Shown here: one piece after another, positions 52,307-60,197 of the stretch | Layout of the letters: the number at the start of each line of letters is the position of its first letter | How positions within the stretch are numbered: position 1 is the stretch's first letter | NCBI GenBank assembly: GCA_035532375.1 | Contig: DATKRC010000125.1 | Coordinates: forward strand, 5,805-69,804 | Reading direction: 5' to 3' | Source of the DNA: Acidimicrobiales bacterium | Lineage (GTDB): Bacteria; Actinomycetota; Acidimicrobiia; Acidimicrobiales; RAAP-2 | Length of the DNA stretch: 64,000 nt | Translations under genes and position numbers: made by a program | Notes under the pieces: generated by a model | Databases searched by the model: none | What the model was told of the DNA's origin: nothing | The model's input: only the letters and a program-made list of their open reading frames with translations

Positions 52307-52475
52307 AGGGCCGGTGGGGATCGAACCCACGAGCGAGGGATTATGAGGTGGGAGCAAACGGTCGGACTGGTCCCGTGGCGTCAGATTGGTCCGAAAAAGT
52401 CAGAGTTCTTCGTCTGGTGGTGTCGGTTTGGTCCGGTGGTGTCGGTTTGGTATGTGGGATGAAACGTGGGATTTT
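52307..52475. repeat. Composite repeat R3
   Basis: tRNA 3' half (1 mismatch) + full arm ending GTGGGATGAAACGTGGGATTTT. Confidence 0.92.
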
Positions 52476-52499
52476 GAATCGATACGGACCGATTTCAAA

Positions 52500-52817
52500 A
52501 TGCTCAACCTCGTCTTGGTTCGCATGGGCTACCCGCCCGTGATCATCTACAAGCGGTATCGAAGCAAGTACCTTCGATCCCTGCAGCGGGCGGACGACGG
52601 CGACCCAGGTGCTCTGGGTGAGTTGATCGCGCGCGCGATTACAGACAACGTTTATCGCTTCGTAGTTCCTGCGGTGGCCGGACCGAACCGGTTGGTTCCG
52701 CTCGCTGCTTTAGCTACGAAAGATCGGAGCGTCGTTTCGCTCCGAGCGACGATCAAACGCGGACGACTACGAGCACAGAAGGGGCCCGACGGCCAGTGGT
52801 GCAGTTCTCGCGCGTGA
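52500..52817 (+). pseudogene. C-terminal fragment of a Fic-family protein
   Basis: LNLVLVRMGYPPVIIYK..YLRSLQRAD.GD is the segment that normally follows the Fic HPFxxGNGR motif, which is missing. Confidence 0.65.
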
Positions 52818-52999
52818 GTTGACGAATATGTTGCGAGCGAACACCGACGAAATTAGATCTTCAACTTGGTAGCGTCCCTTCCTCGACTCTCTACACAACG
52901 GTCGGCCGAATCGAAAAGAGAGTAGCAAGTAACCCTGGACGGCAGGCGTGGGATTTTAGAGATAGCAATAGATACTTAGTTTGATGCGAAGATTGATCG

Positions 53000-55774
53000 T
53001 CAACCTATTTGCGTTCGCCCAAGCGAGAAATCAACCAATTGGTCTTGAGATAGGCGCCGACCCACGTCAGCCAATCGTTCAAACTCTTCGACTCCGAGCG
53101 ATTCAATCAGTGATTCCCGATTGTGCTCGCGCATCTCTATTTCTATTGGGGTCCAGTAGCCCGCCCCGTCGAGGACCCTGGTTTCAATTGCATCGTGTGA
53201 TCCAGTGAGTTTGGCGCCTCGTACAAAGTCGCCACGCGCCGTTGCACAGCACGCCAAGCTGAAAACACACCAGAAGATTACCCTTTCGTCCAATCCAATA
53301 CGTCGAGCAGTGAACAGCGCACGGCGACTGAATTGCTCAGACTGCTGAATATCTCCTGACAAAAATAGGGTGACGCCAAGATTCGACAAAAGCAGTTGGA
53401 TGTGAAATTGGGACCCGATCTGCTCAGCTATTGCCATGGCCTCCATAGTCAAGGATTTGGCTTCATTTAAGTCGCCGGCGAATAGACCGCCCGTGATCGA
53501 CAACCCCATAAGGGCGGTACAAATTCTGAACAGGTTTCCCTGTCGTCGAACCTCCGCTAGGGCGAGCGAGTAATACTCGTGCGACGTCGGGAAGTCGTTC
53601 GCAGTGAACGCTCTCATTAAGAATGCATCGCCCAAGACGCTCACATCGCCCGACGTACGCGCGAGGTCAACCGCCTTAATTCCGAGACGGACACCTGCTT
53701 CGTTGTCTCCTCTCTCACGAGCCTCGAACGCCATCCATCCAGTGGCATTGGCCTCGAGTGTCTTGTCCTGAGAGTTACGAGCCATATTTAATGCGATTTC
53801 GAGATAATGACGCGCTATCCCTGAACTAAATTTGTCGGGCGACGCTGTGAACATCATTTCTGCGAGCAAGACCGCAACCCTACCTCGAAGTGATTCGGGG
53901 AGATCCTCACCTCTCTCCAAGACACTCGCCATCCAAGCAATTGGGACCTCTTTCACACGAGACGTTAGAAATTGGACGAGGTCGATTCCAATCCGCAGCA
54001 CTTTCTCGTCATCGCGTTCTTCGTCTAAATAGTGTCGCCACGCGCTTTGGATGTTGTCCCACTCATTATCGATTCGCCGCATCCATAGACCCTGCTCCGG
54101 ACCTTTGAGGAAGGGTTCCGCGCTTTCGCAAAGCTCGAAATAATATGCCGCGTGACGACCTCGAACTTCGCGCGCGACGATCTCACCGTCAATTTGAAGG
54201 AGTTGGTCGGCCGCGTACTGGCGAATCGTCTCGAGCAATCTGTAACGCAAGGCTGTCGAGGTGCGTTCGCCAGTTACGAGGCTTTTATTGACAAGTGAAC
54301 TGACGATGTCTGCCACGTCAAAAGATTCAAGTGCGTCGGTGGAGCAGACATATTCTGCCGCCTTGAGATCAAACCCTCCGACGAACACCGAGAGGCGACG
54401 TAGTGCACTGCGTTCACGCTCGTCAAGCAAGTCATAGGACCAAGCGACCATCGCACCCAGCGTTTGCTGGCGAGGCAACGCGTTTCGACTCCCTCCGGTG
54501 AGAAGACGGAATCGTTGGTCGAGGCGTTCGTGCAGATCCTCCAAGGACATCGACGAAAGCCTCGATGCAGCTAACTCGAGGGCCAAGGGAATACCATCGA
54601 GGCGCCGGCAAATTGAGGCAATGATTGGTGCGGCGTCGTCATCAAAGGTGAAGGTCGAGTCATACGAATTCGCACGCGCAAGGAAAAGTTCAACTGCATC
54701 TGAACCTTCGAGATCAACAAAGTTGTCGACGTCTTCAGACGGCAGCGACATCGATCGAACCCGATAGATCTGCTCACCTTCGACACCAAGTGGTTCGCGT
54801 GAAGTTGCCACGATAGTTACCCGTGGACATCGATGGCCGATTTGTTCGACCATCTTGGCCGTGGCATCGATTAGGTGCTCACAGTTGTCAAGGACAATCA
54901 AGACATTTTGACTCTTCAGCGTGACGAGCAAGGATTCCAGAGGAGAGCGGTCCGGCTGTTGACGCATCCCCAAGGCATTCAGCGCGGTTGATGGAACTTG
55001 GTTGGGATCACTAATTGGGGCGAGGTCCACGAACCAAACTCCCTCACCACTGCCGTCCAGCATTTCGGCGGCGACCTGAAGAGCGATTCGTGTCTTACCG
55101 GATCCGCCCGCGCCAGTCAGGGTTATTAGTCGAGATTCGACTACCAACCGTCGTACTTCAATCATCTCGACGTGACGCCCGATCATTGGACTCAGAGAAG
55201 TGGGCAAGTTGTTCGCTAACTCTGGATTGTCCAGAGATCGCAACGGCGGAAAATTCGCCTCGAGCCCTTCAGCGACAAGCTGAAAGATCGTCTCTGGACG
55301 CCCAAGGTCCTTGAGTCGATGAGAACCGAGTTCGCGCAACGCAAGATCGCTAGACAATGAAGTTTCGACTAGGCCGGCCGATGATGACGAAAGGAGAATT
55401 TGGCCACCGTGACCCACCGCCGCAATCCGTGCCGCTCGATGGACTTCATAGCCAACGAGTCCGGTCGATTTCTCCGATGCTTCACCCGTATGGATTCCCA
55501 TGCGTACTTTGAGAATCTCCGCGCCGGGCCAATGGTGCATTGCCAAATTTCGTTGAATACCTAGCGCCGCCGAAATACAAGCGCTAGGGGAAGTGAACAC
55601 CGCGAAAAAGGCGTCACCTTGCGTGCCTTCCTCTTTCCCACCGTGGTCAACGAGTTCGTTGCGAACGATTTGATGATGATCCGCAAGGACTTTGGCGTAC
55701 GCGTCATCACCGAGACGTCGTAGCATCGCCGTTGACTGCTCGATGTCAGAGAAAAAGAAGGTCAGAGTCTCAAT
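53000..55774 (-). CDS. Class III nucleotide cyclase - STAND ATPase - TPR-like protein
   Basis: TFFFSDIEQST (upstream of ATG55726), GDAFF, RMGIHTG, GAGGSGKT, LDNCEH, LDGIPLALELAA. Confidence 0.88.
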   Translation of the reverse strand: METLTFFFSDIEQSTAMLRRLGDDAYAKVLADHHQIVRNELVDHGGKEEGTQGDAFFAVFTSPSACISAALGIQRNLAMHHWPGAEILKVRMGIHTGEASEKSTGLVGYEVHRAARIAAVGHGGQILLSSSSAGLVETSLSSDLALRELGSHRLKDLGRPETIFQLVAEGLEANFPPLRSLDNPELANNLPTSLSPMIGRHVEMIEVRRLVVESRLITLTGAGGSGKTRIALQVAAEMLDGSGEGVWFVDLAPISDPNQVPSTALNALGMRQQPDRSPLESLLVTLKSQNVLIVLDNCEHLIDATAKMVEQIGHRCPRVTIVATSREPLGVEGEQIYRVRSMSLPSEDVDNFVDLEGSDAVELFLARANSYDSTFTFDDDAAPIIASICRRLDGIPLALELAASRLSSMSLEDLHERLDQRFRLLTGGSRNALPRQQTLGAMVAWSYDLLDERERSALRRLSVFVGGFDLKAAEYVCSTDALESFDVADIVSSLVNKSLVTGERTSTALRYRLLETIRQYAADQLLQIDGEIVAREVRGRHAAYYFELCESAEPFLKGPEQGLWMRRIDNEWDNIQSAWRHYLDEERDDEKVLRIGIDLVQFLTSRVKEVPIAWMASVLERGEDLPESLRGRVAVLLAEMMFTASPDKFSSGIARHYLEIALNMARNSQDKTLEANATGWMAFEARERGDNEAGVRLGIKAVDLARTSGDVSVLGDAFLMRAFTANDFPTSHEYYSLALAEVRRQGNLFRICTALMGLSITGGLFAGDLNEAKSLTMEAMAIAEQIGSQFHIQLLLSNLGVTLFLSGDIQQSEQFSRRALFTARRIGLDERVIFWCVFSLACCATARGDFVRGAKLTGSHDAIETRVLDGAGYWTPIEIEMREHNRESLIESLGVEEFERLADVGRRLSQDQLVDFSLGRTQIG

Positions 55775-55862
55775 TAGTGCATCGTAGGAGACGGCGCCGC
55801 TTCAAGTTCAGAAAATCACTTCCTAGGTATTCCCCTTATTCCCAATACTTCTTGGCGTGGGT

Positions 55863-56032
55863 TGGTAGGGCCGGTGGGGATCGAACACACGACCGAGGGA
55901 TTATGAGGTGGGAGCAAACGGTCGGACTGGTCCGGTGGCGTCGGTTTTGTCCGAAAAAAGCAGATTCCTTCGTCCGGTGGCGTCGGTTTAGTCCGTGGCG
56001 TCGGTTTGGTACGTGGGATGAAACGTCGGATT
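55863..56032. repeat. Composite repeat R2
   Basis: TGGTAGGGCC...TTATGAG (includes the CCA end, 1 mismatch) + full arm. Confidence 0.92.
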
Positions 56033-56085
56033 GGGACCGCGGCAAGCCCAGATTGAAGAGCGTGGGGAAAAATCCAGCGGAAAGG

Positions 56086-56496
56086 TTAACGCTGGAAATA
56101 AACGTCAGCGTTGTCTACCAATTCTCGAGCGAACTTCACTGCCCTTTGGGCGCTCGCTCGTGAAAAGTCTTGGAACCCGTAGTGCGCCGCGTCCTTCAGG
56201 TCCAAAAGCCGAAGCAAGGTCTTCTTGCACTTTGGCCCATCGAAAAATGCAGCTTCGAGTAGTTCCGTGGCTTGACGATGATCTTCACCTCGAAAACACT
56301 TCTTCAGCCCTTTTCCGCAAATTGCATCTGCAGCTGCTATCCCAGCCAGCACTGCGTTGCCGGCTGCCACACCGGAGAATTCACGACGTTCATCTCCCAG
56401 TATCAGTTCTGCAGCTTCGAGATAAGCACGCGCCGTATTAAGACGTTGTCGAGCCTCGCGAATTGTGCAAACAACGGTTCGGATTCTCGTAGTCAT
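56086..56496 (-). CDS. HEPN-domain protein (putative toxin)
   Basis: AVLAGIAAADAIC..H..LLDLKDAAHY; translationally coupled to the MNT gene. Confidence 0.7.
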   Translation of the reverse strand: MTTRIRTVVCTIREARQRLNTARAYLEAAELILGDERREFSGVAAGNAVLAGIAAADAICGKGLKKCFRGEDHRQATELLEAAFFDGPKCKKTLLRLLDLKDAAHYGFQDFSRASAQRAVKFARELVDNADVYFQR

Positions 56497-57218
56497 TGGC
56501 CGATCCGCCCCTTCGGGTATTGATATTTAATAGGGGCAAGTTCGTCATAGAGTCGAATCTCATCTTGAGCAATGTTCCGATAAATTGCGCTCTGAGCGCG
56601 TCGATTTTCTGACCATTCAATTGCCGTAATACTGACGACTTGAAGCGGATTCCCAGTCCATCGCCGCACCAAATCGTGCAAGTTGTCGACGTTCGACTCC
56701 CATTTCTTGATTTGCGCTTCTGAAATCACCCTCGTCGAAATGACTTCAACCCACACACCTAGAGCCGACCAGATTGATTTGTTCCTTTGTGCCTCATTTA
56801 TTTCAGAAATGGTTGAAGGTCGTACTACCAGCAAATCAATGTCACTGTCATTGTCTCCGTCGTGACGAGCAGCGGAGCCAAAGACACTTGCGTAGAGAGG
56901 TCGAACAGTCCATCGTTCGACCTCTCGAGCAAACCTTCGCCAGAGCTCCGAACGTATTTCCGCCATTTCGGCTGCAACTGCTGCCGCTACGTGGTCCCGG
57001 TTCAAGCTATAAACGCGAGTGTTTCCCAGTTCAGTACACTCGACGACACCTTGTGAGAGAAGTCGCCCCAAAGATTTGCGGATTCCAATCTCGGAACCAC
57101 GTGCCGATATGCTCGCAACTTCAGAAACAGTCAGGGGCTTTCCGGCACTGGCGAGGACAACAAGAACGGGTCCGTCCAGCGACGAAGTAACTGCCATTGA
57201 AGGGTCAGTGAGATTCAT
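56493..57218 (-). CDS. HTH + minimal nucleotidyltransferase (putative antitoxin)
   Basis: N-terminal wHTH; VFGSAAR..DSDIDLLVV. Confidence 0.8.
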   Translation of the reverse strand: MNLTDPSMAVTSSLDGPVLVVLASAGKPLTVSEVASISARGSEIGIRKSLGRLLSQGVVECTELGNTRVYSLNRDHVAAAVAAEMAEIRSELWRRFAREVERWTVRPLYASVFGSAARHDGDNDSDIDLLVVRPSTISEINEAQRNKSIWSALGVWVEVISTRVISEAQIKKWESNVDNLHDLVRRWTGNPLQVVSITAIEWSENRRAQSAIYRNIAQDEIRLYDELAPIKYQYPKGRIGQ

Positions 57219-57273
57219 TATCTGTAAGTATAGAATCTTATTCTTTTAGATAGCAACCTATACTTTTGGAAAT

Positions 57274-57445
57274 TAGTAGGGCCGGTGGGGATAGAACCCA
57301 CGACGGAGGGATTATGAGGTGGATGCAAACGGTCGGGGTGGTCCGGTGGTGTCGGAACCATCCGGATTTGAAAGAAAGCTCGTCCGGTGGTGTCGTTTTG
57401 GTCCGGTGATGTCGGATTGGTCTGTGGGATGAAATGTGGGATTTT
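57274..57445. repeat. Composite repeat R1
   Basis: tRNA 3' half (3 mismatches) + arm ending GTGGGATGAAATGTGGGATTTT. Confidence 0.92.
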
Positions 57446-57652
57446 CGAAGGCAATCATGCAGTGTCGAGGTTCTTGGCGAAGGACCGGCATCAACAATCC
57501 ACGACTGACGGATTCGAACGGCAAGGTCCGAACGAAGCCGACTCTCTTGGTCAGGGGATACTATTCTCCGACCAGGGCACCGTTTTGCTCTCGTGTCAGT
57601 ATGTGTGGTAAGCGCTGCATTTCGCCAGTTCAAAAAGTCGGAGGGGCATTCC

Positions 57653-59785
57653 GTGGTTAGCTACCTGGAAGATTATCCCCTCTCGTGGAACCACCTGCTT
57701 GAGGTGCTGCCCGACGGAATTGCCTTCGTCGACGAGCACGGGACAATTCGTCAAGCGAACGAACGCCTCACGGTCCTGACTGGCTACACGCGCGACGAGC
57801 TGGTCGGTCAGGCCGTCGAGATGCTCGTGCCTTCGCCGGAACGAGATGCACACGCCGCACATCGCGACGAGTACTCCCGAGACCCGAAAGCACGTGAGAT
57901 GGGGAGCGGTCTGGATCTCACGCTCTTGTGCCGCGACGGCAACGAACTACCGGTTGAAATCGCCCTCTCGCCCCTCGCCGTTGACGGCAAAGAGTGGGTT
58001 GTGGCGATGATCCGTGATGACCGCGCCCGGAGGGCAGCAGAGCAAATCCGCACCGAGTTCGAACTACATGCGCTGGCCACCGCCGAGGCGCTCTCGGAGA
58101 GCGAGCGGCGCTTCCGCCTCGCGTTCGAGAACAACGTGGCCGGCATGGTTTTCACCGATTTCGAAGACAGGATTCTGGTAGTCAACGACGCCTTCTGTCT
58201 AATGGTCGGACGCACTAGGGAAGAACTGCTCGGGCACGACTCGACTCCATTCACCTATCCCGAGGACCTGGGCATCAGCGAGGAGGCCCACCGACGCGCG
58301 ACCTCCGGTGAGGCCGATCAAGTCAGATATGCCAAGCGCTACGTGCACAAGGACGGTCGGGTCATCTTTGTCGAGGTGCACAGGTCCACCGCCCGCGACC
58401 CCGAAGGAAAAACGCTCTACTTTGTCATCTCGGAGCGCGACATCACCGAGGAGCGGGCGCTCAACGCCCAGCTCTCCCACCAAGCACTGCACGACCCGCT
58501 CACGGGACTCGCGAACCGAATGCTCTTTGAGGACCGGCTCTCCCATGCGCGCGCAAAGGTCGTTCGCCAAGGCGGGATGAACGCGGTGTTGATGGTGGAC
58601 CTCGATGACTTCAAGGGGGTAAACGACACACTCGGACACTTCGTTGGCGACAAGTTGCTTGTGGCGATTGCGCGCCGCTTCGACCAGGTGACTCGTTCCT
58701 CGGACACGCTGTGTCGCTTCGGTGGCGACGAGTTCCTCTACCTGGCCGAGGGACTAACCTCCCCGGCTCAGGCCGAGCAGGTGGCCATACGTCTTCTTGG
58801 TGCGCTCGCCGAACCGTTTTCCATCGATGGGGCGCACCTCGCACAGCACGCGAGCATCGGAGTCGTGGTCTGTGACGAAACGAGCACGGACTACACCGAA
58901 TCTATCCGGGACGCCGACGTCGCCATGTACGAGGCCAAACGCGAGGGCAAGGGCCACCATGTTCTCTTTACTTCCAACATGCGCCAACAGGTGACCGGCC
59001 GCTTCGCGCTCTTGCAAGAGTTGCGCCGGGCTCTCCAAGCCGGCGGAATTTCGATGCACTACCAGCCCATTATCAATCTCATTACGACCGAGGTGGTTGG
59101 CTTCGAGGCGTTGATGCGCTGGCAGCACCCTGATCGGGGATGGGTTCCCCCCAACGAGTTCATACCGCTGGCCGAACAGAGCGAACTCATCTTGGAGCTC
59201 GGCGCCTTCGCTTTGCTCGAGGCCGTAAACGTGGCCAGTTCCTGGGAACGTACCGGTACTCAGACCAGTCAACCTTACGTGACGGTCAACCTCTCTGCGC
59301 ACCAGTTTCACGACCCGGGCCTGACGGCGATGATTGAGGGGGTCTTGCGAACGAGCGGTCTTGCACCAGAGTTCCTGATCATCGAGATCACCGAGAGCGT
59401 GACGCTGCTCGACGTCGCTGAGACATTGCGCGTGATTGAACACCTCAAACGTCTCGGGATTGGCATCGCGCTCGACGACTTCGGCACGGGGTACTCCTCA
59501 CTCTCCTACCTCGCGCTGCTGCACCCGAGGATCATCAAGATTGATCAGTCCTTCGTCAGCCCGCCCCACGAGAGCGCCCGCAACGACACACTGCTCGAGA
59601 CAATCGTCTCGCTCGGCCACAAACTCGACATGATCATGCTCGCCGAGGGGATCGAGACGTACGCACAACTCGAGCGCCTGCGCAACCTCCATTGCGACTT
59701 CGGCCAGGGCTACCTCTTCTCACCCGCCGTACCGGCCGACGAGGTGGAGTCCCTGCTCGCCCGCGTGCGAGCTAAATGGGGGTAG
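57653..59785 (+). CDS. PAS-PAS-GGDEF-EAL c-di-GMP enzyme
   Basis: Two PAS domains, HDPLTGLANR, GGDEF, EAL, DDFGTGYSS. Confidence 0.95.
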   Translation: MVSYLEDYPLSWNHLLEVLPDGIAFVDEHGTIRQANERLTVLTGYTRDELVGQAVEMLVPSPERDAHAAHRDEYSRDPKAREMGSGLDLTLLCRDGNELPVEIALSPLAVDGKEWVVAMIRDDRARRAAEQIRTEFELHALATAEALSESERRFRLAFENNVAGMVFTDFEDRILVVNDAFCLMVGRTREELLGHDSTPFTYPEDLGISEEAHRRATSGEADQVRYAKRYVHKDGRVIFVEVHRSTARDPEGKTLYFVISERDITEERALNAQLSHQALHDPLTGLANRMLFEDRLSHARAKVVRQGGMNAVLMVDLDDFKGVNDTLGHFVGDKLLVAIARRFDQVTRSSDTLCRFGGDEFLYLAEGLTSPAQAEQVAIRLLGALAEPFSIDGAHLAQHASIGVVVCDETSTDYTESIRDADVAMYEAKREGKGHHVLFTSNMRQQVTGRFALLQELRRALQAGGISMHYQPIINLITTEVVGFEALMRWQHPDRGWVPPNEFIPLAEQSELILELGAFALLEAVNVASSWERTGTQTSQPYVTVNLSAHQFHDPGLTAMIEGVLRTSGLAPEFLIIEITESVTLLDVAETLRVIEHLKRLGIGIALDDFGTGYSSLSYLALLHPRIIKIDQSFVSPPHESARNDTLLETIVSLGHKLDMIMLAEGIETYAQLERLRNLHCDFGQGYLFSPAVPADEVESLLARVRAKWG

Positions 59786-59982
59786 AGGGCTCGCGCTGTC
59801 ATCCTGCAGTGAACCACTTCAGTGGGGCTAGTACATCTTCGTTGTGGCGACAGTGCTCTTCCGAGTTGGCTCGTGACGGGAGCATGCCCTGTATTGCGGG
59901 ACATGCAAACTGCATCGCTCAGGGCGGTCGCATTGTGGAGATTGACTCCTGAATGGACTTGTCCGTCAGTTTTAGACCGGAC

Positions 59983-60058
59983 TGGTAGGGCCGGTGGGGA
60001 TCGAACCCACGACCGAGGGATTATGAGTCCCCTGCTCTAACCACTGAGCTACGGCCCT
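59983..60058 (-). tRNA. tRNA-Ile2 (CAT, lysidine type)
   Basis: Cloverleaf AGGGCCG/CGGCCCT-A-CCA; loop CTCATAA; body resembles ileX rather than tRNA-Met. Confidence 0.9.
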
Positions 60059-60079
60059 TCAAAAGACAACGGGCTAAAG

Positions 60080-60152
60080 CTCCCAGAGCAGGACTCGAAC
60101 CTGCAACCTAGCGATTAACAGTCGCTTGCTCTGCCAATTGAGCTATCTGGGA
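60080..60152 (-). tRNA. tRNA-Asn (GTT)
   Basis: TCCCAGA/TCTGGGA-G acceptor stem, loop CTGTTAA, no encoded CCA. Confidence 0.95.
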
Positions 60153-60197
60153 AAGGGATTGTGAAAGCAGAGCAACATTAGCACCCGCCATTCGAAG

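Larger units (their letters stand above)
47281..59982 (-). mobile_element. tRNA-Ile2-anchored cassette array (8 units, no integrase)
   Basis: Eight direct composite repeats separating unrelated cargo genes directly downstream of tRNA-Ile2. Confidence 0.8.

Noticed and set aside
49753-57320. Extra functional tRNA genes
   Set aside because: The copies lack the 5' acceptor strand, D arm and 5' anticodon stem, so they cannot form a cloverleaf.
47281-57445. CRISPR array interpretation of the repeats
   Set aside because: Repeats are ~170 bp and tRNA-derived, separated by gene-sized intervals, and there are no cas genes. The Cys-containing exonuclease at 6546 is a stand-alone RecB-family gene far away.
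47281-59982. Classical integron or prophage
   Set aside because: No IntI or other integrase, no attC-type RYYYAAC...GTTRRRY palindromes recognised, and no phage genes.
50827-60040. Family of small ORFs sharing RAGGDRTHDRGIM (50827, 52268, 55732, 59822 etc.)
   Set aside because: These are antisense translations of the tRNA half. Starts, stops and frames are not conserved between copies.
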